Made by a program: the position numbers and the translations under genes. Shown one piece after another: positions 38,200-51,451 of a stretch of 64,000 nucleotides of DNA. Origin of the DNA: Octopus sinensis (taxonomy: Eukaryota); the NCBI RefSeq assembly GCF_006345805.1, contig NC_043001.1, forward strand, positions 38,998,001-39,062,000. Reading direction: 5' to 3'. The notes below the pieces were generated by a model, which was not told the DNA's origin, made no database searches, and saw nothing but the letters and a program-made list of their open reading frames with translations. The stretch's first letter is position 1. Every line of letters begins with the position of its first letter.

Positions 38200-41100
38200 T
38201 AAAATGATGGTGTAGTGCATGCAGGTTGAAGTCTATTGTATGTTTATGAGTTCTGTCAAATGCGAGCTTTCTTTTCAGGCACATGATGCTGCTGTCCCCC
38301 ATCCCAGGGTCTCGCAGGTCCATACCTTCCACAACCTCAAAGTTGGTATACTTAATATTGGCACATTGAAAGGTAGGGCTGGTGAGATTGTTAAAATGCT
38401 TGAATGGAGACGTGTAGATTTGTGCTGTATCCAAGAAGTAAGATGGAGAGGAAGTTCTGCTAGGTTTCTCACAGGCAAAGAATACAGGTATAAGATTTTC
38501 TGGGCTGGAAACACTGATGGGGTCAGGGTGTGGGTATACTTCTTGCGGATAAATGGGTTGATTAGGTAATCAAGGTAGTCAGAGACTATGACAGAATACT
38601 TAAGCTTAGATTAGTACCGCAACATGGATTAGCAACCATTATCTTGACTTATGCCCCTCAGCTAGGGCTACCTGATGAACAGAAAGACCGATATTATGAT
38701 ACCCTCTTACAGACTACCATATTGACAAATGACAAGGACCTTCTCTTTGTGGCTGGCGACTTCAATGGGCATGTTGGACAACATCCAGGGGACTTCCATG
38801 GTGTGCATGGTGGCTATAGCGGGAAACAGGCTGCTGAATTTCTGTGATGTAAATGATCTTATGATTTGTAATACTAACTTCAGGAAACCTGCTAGTCACC
38901 TATTCACCTACAGGTCTAGCAGACACACTAGTTGAATTGACTACATCCTCACCATGAAACATGAAAGAATGCCCCCCTCAACATAGGTTAGTAGTTAGCA
39001 ACTTCATGACCAGGGCTGAATGTATACCCAGAAGACAACAACCAGCATGGAAAAGAAGGGTCTGGAAGCTTAAGGATCCTCTGAATGGACAGAGAATAAA
39101 AGAAGTATTACTTGAAACTTTTAACGAAATAAAGGAGGATATAGCATCACATAATGTGGAAGACAACTGGAGGTTCCTGCAGGACAACCTGTTGAGGGCT
39201 ACTGACCTGATCTGTGGTTAGTGCAATGTCCCCTCTCAACCTAAGGTAACATGGTGGTGGAACAATGTAGATGACAGGGTCATTAGAGAAGAGAAACAGG
39301 TATGGAAAGACTGGAAGAATGGTGCCAGCAGGGAACTGTATCTGATTGTCAGAAGGGAAGCTAGGAGACTGGTTTACTTAGATAGAGGGGAAGCAGAAAA
39401 GAAAAAATTTGCCAATGATCTGTCCCACAAAGACCAAAGACTTGAAGTGTTTCGTGTTGCTTGACTGTGTGTCATAATATCATAGGAAAGAAATGTGTCC
39501 ACATGGATGATGGCTCACTTGCATTTAATGAGGCTACAAAGAGAGAGACTTGGAGACATCACTATGAAAGGTTGCTAAATGAAGAGAATGAATGGGAGAA
39601 AGAGAGCCTGCTAAATGTCAACCCAACAAATGGACCAGATATCCAAATTGACAGTGTTTTGGCAGATAAAGTGATTAAAGGTATGAAGACAAGGAAAGCC
39701 CTTGGCCCATTAAGAATCACCACAGAGATGCTTAAAATATCTGGTGGTGTCAGCTATAGTCTAGTCACCCATATAGTCAATCAGGTGATACATGAAGAAG
39801 TAATATCCAATGATTTGGTGTAGCAGCACCATAGTCAACTACTACAAAGATAAAGGTGATGCTTTAGATACAGATAATTACAAAGGTATCAACTTGTTTG
39901 ATCAGGTAATAAAGGTCACGGAGAGGGTCATAGCCCAACTAATTAGGGAGAGAGTCAGTTTAGATGAGATGCAGTTTGAGTTTGTGCCAAGGAAAAGCAC
40001 CACTGATGCTATATTTCTGGTAAGACAGCTGCAGGAGAAATTCCTAACCAAAGATTAACCTCTGTACTTGGCTTTCATTGACATGGAGAAAGCCCTATCT
40101 GGTGGTCAATGTGGAAACTAGGGATAGATGAGTGGTTGGTGAGAGCTGTACAAGCTATGTACAGGGATGCTGTCAGTAAGGTGAGGATTAGTAATGAGTA
40201 TAGTGAAGAATTCTGGGTAAGGGTAGGGGTCCATCAAGGATCAGTCCTCAGCCCCTACTTATGGATCATAATCCACCAGGTAATAAAAGAGGAATTCAAG
40301 ACAAGATGCTCTGAGAGCTCCCCTATGCTGATGACCTTGCTCTAATAGCTGAGTCACTATCAGAACTGGAGGAGAAGTTTCAGATGTGGAAGTTGAAGGG
40401 CTTTAGAGTCACTCTAGCAAAAACCAAAGAGGAAGGTAGACAAATTACAAATCCCTTCAGGTAGATGACCCTGCTCGGTCTGTAGAAAAGGCATACATAG
40501 AAACTCCATAAGATGTACCTGGTGTAAGCTATTGACACATAAGAGATGGGCGCAATATCAAACAAAGGCTATCTAGGAAGATAGTTTTTGTGTGTGGCAA
40601 ATGCACTGCGGCAACAAACACTGAAAATGTGTAGAAAACATCTTTCATCACATGCCAGGGGGAAAACTAGAAATAGTTGACAGCTTCCATTACCCAAGTA
40701 ACCAAGTCAGTCACAGAGTTGGATGCTCTGAGAGTGTAGCTGCTAGAATAAGAATAACCGAGGCAAAGTTCAGAGAGCTCCTACCTCTGCTGGTAACAAA
40801 GGGCCTCTCGCATGACGCATGTGTGCTAACAGACATGCTATATGGCAGTGAGACATGGGTTGTGATTGCTGAGGACATGCATAAGCTTGCAAGAAATGGA
40901 GCTTGTATGTTCTGCATCAGATGTGCTGTGCAAGAGAGATGACTGTGCTGGTATGGTCATGTGTTACATATGTATGAGGACAGTTGTGTGAAAGACTGTT
41001 ACTCCCTAACAGTGGAGGGAACTCGTGGAAGAGGTAAACCCAGGAAGACCTGGGATGAGGTAGTGAAGCACAACCTTCGAACATTAGGCTTCATGGAATC

Positions 41101-41740
41101 AATGGCAAGTGACCAAGACCTTTGGAGATATGCAGTCCTTGAGAAGACCTGGCAAGCCAAGTGAGACCATATGCCAGTGTAGCATAACCAGCCCACTGGG
41201 CAATAAACTGTGCTTGAGAAGACCTGTTGAGTCAAGTGAAATCATTGTCATGGCTGATGCCAGTGCTGCCTGATTGGCACCCATGCCGGTGGAACATGAA
41301 AATTACCATTCTAGCATGGTTGATACCAGTCCCACTGGACTAGCTCCCATGCCAGTGACACGTAAAATGTACCATACAACTGTGGTTGATACCAGTGCCA
41401 GCTGACTGGTCCCATGCCTGTGGCATGTGAAAAGCGGCATGCAAGCGTAGTCATTACCAGTGCTACCTGGCTGGTTCTTGTGCCGGTAGCACATAAAAAG
41501 TACCATTCAAGCATGGTCATTGCCAGAGCCGCCTGACTGGCTCTGGTGCTGGTGGTGTGTAAAAAGCACCTACTACAATCTCGGAGTGGTTGGTGTTAGG
41601 AAGGGCATCCAACTGTAGAAACCTTGCCAGATCAGATTGGAGCATGGTGCAGCCTTCTGGCTTGCCAGTCCTCAGTCAAACCGTCCAACTCATGCCAGCA
41701 GGGAAAGTGAACACTAAATGATGATGATGATGATGATGAT
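38200..41740 (+). mobile_element. Near full-length RTE LINE (APE endonuclease + RT), inactivated
   Basis: LNIGTLKGRAGEIV...CCIQEVRWRG (38219-38569), AGDFNGHVG (38644-38847), RT fragments 39810-40345, C-terminus 40961-41164, 3' UTR units and (ATG)n tail to 41740. Confidence 0.9.
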
Positions 41741-41904
41741 GCAGACACTGAAATTGAAAACTCCATTGACATTGGAATTCAATATCTACAGGTAAGTTAC
41801 AAATCAGTCTTAACAACGAGAGCCAAAGCTACTCACTATACAATGGTATTACAGATGGCTAACAGCTGTGGCAAAGTAGGAAATAGAACCACTAATATAA
41901 ACCA

Positions 41905-41990
41905 GTCTAGAAGACACTTGCCCAAGGTGTAGTGCAGTGAGGCTGTACTTGAAATCATATGTTTGGGAAGCAAACGTCTTAACCATACAT
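41905..41990 (-). mobile_element. tRNA-like SINE 5' fragment (second family)
   Basis: cacttgcccaagg...tttgggaagcaaac; a related fragment occurs at ~49517-49600. Confidence 0.45.
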
Positions 41991-41994
41991 TTTG

Positions 41995-42560
41995 TAGAAA
42001 TTCCTAGTTATCATCTGTGCTATAGGTGCCTAAATCATTCTCCTTACAACCATATGCATCAGTTAAAATTTCCCTAGACTTATTCCCAATTATGGGATGT
42101 TTTGTTTCCATATTTTCCTTCTCCAAGTCATATTTCATTCCTGTGTCTGCTTAGCTCCGACTGTTATGTTATTGGCTACCAATCTATGTTGTATAGTGCA
42201 TTCTTCATTAGAAAAGATTTTCACTAGCAAATCAAACCTTCTGTTTGGTTTGTTAGTGAAAATGTCATTCATCTGACTACTTATGTGTTCACCAGATTAG
42301 TATGTGTTTGATGATTTGCATCACAGGATTCTAGGAGCATTACACCCTCCCCATTTCTTAAATCACAACCAGAACCTTCACTAACATTATGGAAAACACC
42401 ATCTTTTTGGCCAACATATTAAATGAAGTTGCCAGCCACAATAATGAAAATACTGTCAATCATTGTTGAGTCTATAGAAAGAACTCATAGAGTATGGAGA
42501 GAGTGGGGAATATTGCTTTTACACACAAGTGATGGTGAGTGAAAGACATTAAAGAAGACA
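41995..42560 (-). mobile_element. Degenerate RTE endonuclease-region fragment
   Basis: Minus strand reads IIVAGNFI*YVGQK...RNGEGVMLLEFCDAN and EECTIQHRLV, matching other RTE copies. Confidence 0.5.
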
Positions 42561-43117
42561 ATGTAACATGATGTAGGAAGAGAAAAGAAAAAGAAAAATG
42601 ACAATATATATATATATATATATGTAGTATCAAAAGTTTCTGCAGAAAGACAATAGAAAGAACAACATTCTATAGAGTCAATAGAGATGAATGTTATTAA
42701 TAATATAGTCTACTGGCTCAGTTAGGTTACCCCTAGGTTACAAAATCTACATCTGTAGACAATTATTTAATGCTCATATTTCCTACGTATCTCCCATCAG
42801 GCCCAAATAACATGATGGACTTAACTTGCAATAACATAATTCAAAGAGACAAAATTGATTAGAGGTTATAACTCTTTAGCATTCATAAGTAACAATCAGA
42901 AGGACATGAAATACAGCACCATGAAATTTTCATATGAAAAATATGATTATGTAATCTTCGAGAACTGATATTACGAAAGTATAATTTAATTTATGTCAAT
43001 TTTTCTTTCAATTTTACTCTAGCACAAAGAAGTTATCTTAAACAACTGAAACCTTCTATTTCTTATTTTTCAATATATATTTATTTGTGTGCAACCTCTT
43101 AACTTTTTACATACAAG

Positions 43118-43118
<1 letters not shown>

Positions 43119-43165
<47 letters not shown>
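43119..43165. repeat. (TA)n microsatellite
   Basis: Perfect TA run, directly visible. Confidence 0.95.
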
Positions 43166-43167
<2 letters not shown>

Positions 43168-44757
43168 TAGCTGAGTATCCTGTTGTTCCTGGTCAATTTT
43201 TACAATAGAATATCTTGGTGAACTTTTGGAATAGCACACCCACATAAATTGGATTTTTAACATTTTTCAACTTTTCGTCATCACAGTCTGCAAATGGAGG
43301 TGGAAAGGCTTTTGATGATAAAAAAGTTGTGAAAATGTATGAAGTTTTTTACAACCCCACGCACCACTGATTTGGCCAATTTTTTTTTGCACTACTCACT
43401 TAAAATCACTGGGAGTAGCCTGGAAGTTAAAAAAAAATTGGAGCTCACTATTTTTATATAGAGAGAGAAAGAAAGTTGCAAATATATATATATAGACAGG
43501 GGGAAAATTCATCATGAGAAAAGTAAAAAATCAAAGAGATAGACAAATAGAGAGATCTTTTCTGTAGCTGTTAGATTTTGAACTTGGTGAAAATTTTCAA
43601 ATTTGGTATATTGATGTACTTTTTCACATTGAAACCAAGTTTGCAATTCATTTATTCTAGAAAAATTTTAGAAAAATGATAGACAGGTTTAAAGTTTGAT
43701 TTTTACCCAATTAGAAAACAGGATTCGTATGTGATAGCTAATGATAAAATGGAAGTGATGCAAGAGAAATAATACATAAAATAGTGGACAAAGTATTACA
43801 TCAAGGAAGTCTGAACAAAGCTACACTTCTCTCAAAAACCAAATACATACAACGAGAGAGAGAGAAAGAGAGAGAAAGAGAAGGGGAGACAGAAAACTCA
43901 TAAAAAGGAAAATAAAATGACAAGATGCATACCAAGCAAACTGATTGACAAAGCCATATATAGATTCACACACATATATATACATAAAATATACACATAT
44001 ATAACACACCTATATACGTGTTTGCACACACGTTTTCATATGATAAATATGCTGCTTAAAGTGTACATGTGTATAAATGTTGCATTAATAATAATAATAA
44101 TTAAAATTGTAAGCAACATGGGGGTACTATTTTATTCTCTGCGTATGTTTTCTGGACATAGCAGCCATTAACATATTTAAGGAATGGTTTTCATAAATAT
44201 CACTCAGCTTGGCTGTCTACTTGTTCAAGGGACTACATCTAAGTATTAATCTATTTTATTCAAATGTCACTTGATCAATCAATGCTTACAATTCCTCTCT
44301 CCCATCAACATCCTATCCCCTGCAAAAACTAGTTGTACACTCTATCCTCATTGCTTATATGATAAATATGCCAGTTAGAATGCCCATCTGTATAACTATT
44401 GTATTAATAATAATAATGATTAAATGCTAAAACTTTATCATAAGTCTGATTAACAGTAAATAATTAAAACTGTAAGCAACATGGGGCAACTGGTTTTCTC
44501 TGCATAGGTTTCTGGGCTTAGCATCCATTTTTGCAAACCAATTATGTCTGCTCACCCACATTCACCTTTTCAATCTGAATGTGCATGACTTGCTTCCCTA
44601 GCTGCTTGTACTCCTCCTGTTCTGTGAGTAGAGGTTCTTTGTACCCATATACTTGTGTGCATATGCCTGTTAAAGAACCATGTGCATGTAAGTATGCACT
44701 TATGTGGATTCCATATATATATATACACATGTGTATGTAAATGTATGTGCTTGTGGG

Positions 44758-44821
<64 letters not shown>

Positions 44822-45047
44822 TCTTTATTACCCACAAGGGGCTAAACATAGAGGTGACAAACAAGGACAGACAAATGGATTAAGTCGATTACATCGACCC
44901 CAGTGTGTAACTGGTACTTAATTTATCAACACCGAAAAGATGAAAGGCAAAGTCGACCTCGGCAGAATTTGAACTCAGAACGTAACGGCAGACGAAATAC
45001 GGCTATGCATTTCACCTGGCGTGCTAACGGTCCTGCCAGCTCGCCAC
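44822..45047 (-). mobile_element. Well-preserved tRNA-like SINE
   Basis: Minus strand ggcgagctggcaggaccgttagcacgccagg...ttctgagttcaaattctgccgaggtcgactttgcctttcatc (gagttcaaatt is B-box-like); adjacent (TA)n at 44760-44818. Confidence 0.8.
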
Positions 45048-45583
45048 CTTTTATGTATATATATATTTACATTTAAGCATACGCTTATTCAGACTGCATG
45101 TACATATATGTATATATATAGTTTAGAGGATGAAGACAGGTGTTCTCTATATAGAATACACTTCGAAGTGCTCAAGAGATTTGAACTTCAGCTGGTAGAT
45201 GAGTAAATATAATGACAAGCAAATTAGACAAGTTGCTTTACACAGAATATTAAATACATTTAATAGGAAAAATATACATATGTATAGATATAAAATAAGT
45301 CCGACTTATAGAATATAAATGATATCAGGAGTTAAACAGGTAGAGTTTTTTAAGTCCAAAAGCTGTTTCTGGGAGCTTGGTAGTCCCGAATAATGGTGGT
45401 TATTTGCAGTCATCATCAGATAACATTGCCTTTGTCTTCAGGGGAGAGTTTTACACTGGAGAATTTTACATTTGAGGTGTTGACAGAATAGAGTTTGAAG
45501 ATGCAATTCCATTTTCAAATACTTATTAAATATCTTAAATCGACTTGCCTAATTTGCTTCTCATTATATTTATATGCATGTAT

Positions 45584-45618
<35 letters not shown>

Positions 45619-45779
45619 ATAGCATTATGACCCATCGTTGCCGGGTCATAGTGCTAGTGCATGTATATATATATGTGTACATGTTACATGTACATCTCTA
45701 TATATACATCTACACATAAAATACAAAATACAAACTTATATCTTGATATCGCTAGTAATAACAATACTCAAAATATATA

Positions 45780-46200
45780 ACAGACTGGAATTGTAGGCCT
45801 GTCTCTTGCAATTTCGATCAATTTTATCTTGTCCTCCCTCTTGTATAGAAGTGTGGCTACAATCCAGCCTACCTCTACTTTTGGGGGGACATTTTAAATT
45901 TTTATCCGGGACCTCCTACGTCCCAGATATAAAGGTAAAAATAAAATATTTCCACATTGCAAGGCTCGAGTCGAGTACTCCCTTGCATGCTCTGTTGACT
46001 CGAACCTTGCTTCTATTGTGGCGAATTTACCACCTCTGGTTAGATACTTGATATCTTTCACAGTCACACCAAGACACTTTTCAATGGTGCTTTCCTCCAG
46101 GTGTTTAAATCGTTTTTTTTCTCTACATTGTATACTTTATAGGCAATAGTCTTTTCTTTAATTTAATTTTTTATTTCGTTTGGTGGTGTTATTCTAGATT
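45780..46200 (-). mobile_element. Possible L1/Tx1-type ORF1 fragment
   Basis: Minus strand reads approximately EESTIEKCLGVTVKDIKYLTRGGKFATIEARFES...YLGRRRSRIK, reminiscent of LINE ORF1 N-termini; weak. Confidence 0.3.
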
Positions 46201-46989
46201 CACCGTCTTTGTCGGTGATCAATCCAAAATAGGTTTGTATTTCTTCCATTTTAATTTTAATGAATTCGCCGCCCGCCGACGGCTGCAGCGAAATTCATTT
46301 TTGGACTTTCTTCTATCGAAGACATTTTAACAAGAATGTTTCTGTGTAAACGGTGAAAATATTTTCAATTTCCCCAAACAGGGACACAATTCAATTTTTA
46401 AACAATAACCAAAGCTCCTTCTCCCAAAGGGGGAGGGTTACGGTTTACAATTATTTAACAAATGCAACACAACAACGCTTCCCTTACGAGGAACCAACAA
46501 ACGTGATAACAATAGTTAAACAGAAATAATAATAACAACAAACCTTACAGTAAACCAAAGAGCAGTACTCTGTTGAAGCTATAGACCTTTATGGATCAGA
46601 AATAAACCAACAGCAGTACTCAGTAGAAGCATCTTTCGAGAAAACAGACATTATATACAGCCAAACTTCATATAGATACTTAATGCTAGCTAATTAGCAA
46701 ATAATCTAATGTAAAAGCCGTGCACACCTCCATCTGGACTATTCCATTTCTCCACTTAAATTTTATTTTTTATTTATTCCCATTCATGTGAAACGACTGA
46801 TTCAAGTTCAAGTCATTGATGCAATTTTATACCAATTGTTATTTTTACTTTTGTTATGTTACGATAATATTATACTTTAGTTTGATTTTAATTATTACTT
46901 ACTACATATAATTCAATTGTTATTATTATTTTATTGTTAAAGTGAAAGCATCTGACATAAAATAGAGAAATGCTTTTGTTTCACTTTTA

Positions 46990-47193
46990 CATAATACTGA
47001 AATAGTGGAGAAGATATGATATTGCTATGGGCTCGCTCTAAGTAAGAAGTTAAACATTTTTTTTGTGCCCATGAAACTACATGGACCCTAAGTAAGGCAT
47101 GTGTCAAATTTGAATGAAATTGGTTGTGTAGTTCTCAAGTTTTAGGGAAACACACAGACAGACAGACAGACATTCTCAGTTTTATATAGAGAT
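46990..47193 (+). mobile_element. Probable Helitron-like non-autonomous element end
   Basis: gtgtcaaatttgaatgaaattggttgtgtagttctc...(ACAG)n...ttttatatagagat resembles DINE-1/Lep1-type termini. Confidence 0.4.
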
Positions 47194-47215
47194 ATATAAA
47201 TATATATATATACAC

Positions 47216-47258
<43 letters not shown>

Positions 47259-47265
47259 TATATAT

Positions 47266-47338
<73 letters not shown>
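47193..47338. repeat. Compound (TA)n/(CA) microsatellite
   Basis: Directly visible. Confidence 0.95.
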
Positions 47339-47340
<2 letters not shown>

Positions 47341-47342
<2 letters not shown>

Positions 47343-48721
47343 GTTGAACTTCAAAATGCAAAAGTTTACAACACATTTATACAATTAAATCCGTATTTAG
47401 TTACATCACACTTGTTGATGATGAGAGCTTGCAGACACTTTGAATAGTTTCCTAAATACTTTTTACATGTGGCGGGGCCTATTTTCCCCCATTCCAAAAT
47501 TCTTTTCAATTCTTGTAAGTTACATGGATTTCTTTTTGAACTCTGAGTTTCAATTTTTACCACAGATTTTTGATTGGATTATAGTCTGGAGATTGACTTC
47601 TCCATTCCAAAGCATTAATCCCATTTGTTTCCAACTAATACTTGCTCAGCTTTGCTGTGTGCTTTGAATCGTTATCATGTTGAAAGGCCCATCCTCGTTC
47701 CAAGTTTAGGGAATATGCACTAGGTATTAAACATCACTCTAAAATCTCCCTATATTTTTGACCATCCATTGTTCTTTTTACTACTTCCATTCTACCAACA
47801 CCTGATTAGCAAAAACAAGTCCATACCATTACTGATCCACCTCTGAATTTGACTGAACAGAAAGTATTCTCTGGCAGGTTCTCTATGCTGTTCTCTCTCC
47901 AAACCTTGTTTATTGAGTTTCTGCTGAGAAGCTCAATATTAGTTTCGTCAGACCACACTACATTTTCCCAATATGTAACCGGTTTACTTAAATGTCTCTT
48001 TGCAAAGGCAAAATGAAATTTAAAGTGACATTTCTTAAACAATGGAGTCTTTCTTGGAGAAGGAGAAAAGTGATCCTAATAACAAAGTGATATACTAATT
48101 ATATCTTTGCTCACATAAACTTCACATGATTCCAGATCTTCCTGCAGCTCCTTGAGTGTGGTTTGTGCTCTATTACTAGCTGTCCTTGTAAGTTTTCTTG
48201 CTGTATGCTCTGCTAACTTACATGGGTGACTTGAACAGACTAGAGAGAGATTTCCAGTTATGCATTAGCATACCAACTGAACTCAGTTGCACATTAAGCT
48301 GTGCAGAGACCTTTCTGTACCCACTGCCACTCTTGTGAAGGTCAACAATACGCTCATAAAGGTCTTAAACAATTTGTTTATTTTTACCCAGAACTGATGT
48401 CAGAAATGATGCAATGGCTATAAATATTCACAAACAAAACTTCCCAAATCTTCTAGAACACTATGGATATTTTGAGAAACAAAATCATTTTTATTCAAAA
48501 TACATGAAAAATTATTCAAGTGAGTTAAATGTGTTGTAAACTTTTGTTTTGAATTTCAACTTTTTTCCATATTTCAACTTTCTTTTGTTCATTATTATGT
48601 AATTCTGATTGTTGCATTGAATTTATTACAAAAACTTCATAAATGGTGGAAATTTCATTAACCTGCATTATATGTAAACTTGGATTTTTAACTGTGAATT
48701 GCAAACTTTAGCAGGTCACTG
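47341..48721 (-). mobile_element. Tc1-like DNA transposon, decayed; one TIR intact, the other truncated
   Basis: Right end (minus) cagtgacctgctaaagtttgcaattcacag followed by TA. Transposase fragments WENVVWSDETNIEL...VKFRGGSVMVW (47806-48042) and NLQELK...LQALIINKCDVTKY (47366-47563). Subterminal inverted match between 47341-47385 and 48525-48562. Confidence 0.85.
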
Positions 48722-48839
48722 TATATATATATGTATGTGGGTATATCCATGTATGTAAATGTGTATGTATGTTTAGGTATACACATATGTATATCTGTCT
48801 GTCTGTCTGTCTATCTATCAATCTATCTATCTATACACA

Positions 48840-48861
48840 CACATATATATATATATAAGTA

Positions 48862-48920
<59 letters not shown>

Positions 48921-48940
48921 ATGTGTGTGTGTGTGTGTAC
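48840..48940. repeat. (TA)n/(TG)n microsatellite
   Basis: Directly visible. Confidence 0.95.
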
Positions 48941-49349
48941 CATTCTTCCCCATACACTCGTCTTTATCTCTTTCTTTATCTCTCTATAATATCTACATCT
49001 TAACTACTATACCACCATCAATAAACTATTATGCATCATATTTGCACACACTCAAATATATTGAATGTGTTTATTCATACATATGGTAGTAATGGTTTTT
49101 TAAGGAATATCTGCATTTAAGAAAACACACACATCAGAGTTTGTCATAGGTTAACCTACATGTCGAAGTGTAACTTCCTTTTCAAAATTCTCCCAATTGA
49201 CTGGTTTCAAATATGGGGATTTTAATTAAAGTATTTTATTTCTGTAATTGAACTGATTGGGTGTGGAAACAGCTATAGGCAGGACTTTCTCTACATGAAT
49301 TTGAATATCTTTGAATAAATAATGTCTGTATGTTAATATATATATATTA

Positions 49350-49515
49350 TCATCATCATCATCATTTAACGTCTGCTTTCTATGCTGGCATGGGTTAGAT
49401 GATTTGACTGGGGACTGGCAAACCAGATGGCTGCACCAGACTCCAATCTGATCTGGCAGAGTTTCTAGAGCTGGATGCCCTTCCTAACGCCAACCATTCC
49501 GAGAGTGTAGTGGGT
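49350..49515 (-). mobile_element. RTE 3' terminal fragment
   Basis: (CAT)n tail plus gctggatgcccttcctaacgccaacc motif. Confidence 0.75.
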
Positions 49516-50686
49516 GAAAACACTTGCCCAAGCCACCTAGAGAGGGACTGAATATGGAAACATGTGGTTGGGAAGCAAACTTCTCAACAACAGTTATTCT
49601 TGCACCTAATATGTGTGTGTGTGTCTGTTTACATTTGTAGTTAAATAGAGTATTGTGTCCCACTATATCTCAAAGTTAGCAGTTCATCAAGCAGAGATCT
49701 ATAAAATAAATGTCACATTGAAATATGTACTGAGGTCAGTATGATCAATTAAATTTTTGAAGGTGATAACCCATCATAGCGACTGTCAAAAGACTAAACC
49801 AAGTAAAATAATGTTTAAAGACTTAATGGCTTCAAATTTAAGGCAATAGATTACTAACGACAAGATAATGAGTTCAAAACTTCGCATTGAACTTCCATTC
49901 AATACAATAATAGAATATGTACATCTCAGTCTACTTGACTTCCAACAATTAACAATTGTAATTTGAAGTTGAATGGTTAGCAGTAAGAAAGATGTCCAGA
50001 TTTCTTTAAAAATTATGGTGCAAAATATTCCAAGAAAAAGTATTTTTTCACCACAACAAAACACACACACAGTGGTGTGTCTGTGATAACTTGAGCTGCT
50101 ACAAATAGCAGCCAAATCTCTCTTAAAACACAACCTTTCATCAAAAGATTACAGTGTTTCAGGAAGTAAAAAAGAAAAAAAAATGCGATGGGTCTGCTAC
50201 ATCAGAGGCAACTCTGGACTAAACAAACCACAGATAGACATACTTCACATTAAAAGATTACCTACTAAATAATACTAATAAAGTCGATGGTATATCTTCA
50301 AAGTTTCATTCCCTTGTATAACTCCATGTATGTTAAACATTTTCTCATTATGTCCTAAGACATAGATTGTTCTGGCAGCGTTACCTCCCTTAGCTAAAGA
50401 CTTCCCAATTGTGCAACCTGACCTTGTTTTCAAGGTTATTTTTGTAGTAAGAAATAGTACTTGTGCAAAAAACGTACTTTATTTGGTAACCGAAAGATTA
50501 TTGAGTTTTTTGATACCGCACACATCAAAATCATCAACTCAGTTTTCAAATTCATATGGAATATATGCACACACACACTCGCACACACAAACTCTGTTTT
50601 ATATATTAAGATATATATATAGTGTACTGTTCCATGATTGAAAGTTCAACAAAAAAGTACTCCATCAGGTGAGAAATAAATATCAC

Positions 50687-51218
50687 TTATTTAAAGAACA
50701 CAATGCATATATTTAAGCACAACTAATAGTTTCATATGTTGAGAAATATTCAGACATATTCTTCAGGTGCAAACTACATATCATAATGAACCAAAAGGAA
50801 ATGAATAATAACAGAAACATGAAAAAACTGAAAAGGCAGCATACAGAAAATGCAAAAAGTGGAAAATGAAAAACAGAAAACACAAAAACTAAAATTATTT
50901 TGAAGAATTAGAAATTCTGCATATTCCTGACTAACTTGATGTTTTTCCAACCTTATCACTGAAGGTCTAAAGAGGATAGCTATTTCACCTTTTCACTTTT
51001 TACATTTCATATTTTTTTAGCTTTTGTGTTTGCGTTTTTGTATTTTTCATTTTTTATTTTCTGTGTTTTCTATTTACAGCCTTCTCAGTTTTTATGTGTT
51101 TCTTCGATTATTCAATGTTTTTTAGCATGTGGTTTGTACCTGAAGAGTATGCTTGAGTATTTCTCAACATATGAAATTATTATAGCACTGCAATACATAT
51201 ATGGTGCACTTTAAATAA
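50687..51218. repeat. Imperfect ~210-bp inverted repeat with ~117-nt spacer
   Basis: tttcatatgttgagaaatattcagacatattcttcaggtgcaaac (left arm) versus gtttgtacctgaagagtatgcttgagtatttctcaacatatgaaa (right arm). Confidence 0.75.
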
Positions 51219-51451
51219 AAAAAATCTATCTATTTATCTACACACACACACACACACACAAACACACAACACACATATGATTATCAAATAGTGTAGCTAG
51301 GAACTTGGATATGTTCTTGGTAAATCAGCTGAAACATGTGTCAGATATTTTATCTATTTATTAATGTCTATATCTTATGAATTTTATAGATATGAGAATA
51401 AATAAATAATTAATATTCCAATTTTCAATTGTTAACTTTATTTATATATAT

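Noticed and set aside
38040-38220. Self-cleaving ribozyme (HDV-like or hammerhead) at RTE or Penelope ends
   Set aside because: No recognisable core by eye; an Infernal or RNArobo search would be needed.
38255-38285. Acceptor-like ctttcttttcAG at RTE 5' ends (also ~33470 and ~55610), suggesting a spliced LINE
   Set aside because: The RTE frame reads through it (MSSVKCELSFQAHD) and no matching donor was identified.
41741-41797. Plus-strand cag|gtaagt donor after a short open frame (ADTEIENSIDIGIQYLQ)
   Set aside because: No acceptor or partner exon; it directly follows an RTE tail, and such motifs arise by chance in 64 kb.
44542-49089. ORFs rich in [10 protein letters not shown]
   Set aside because: Translations of (TA)n and (TG)n microsatellites.
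50360-50480. Possible additional minus-strand exon ending at a GGTAAC donor
   Set aside because: The translation has no Ig or signal-peptide features and I found no convincing acceptor.
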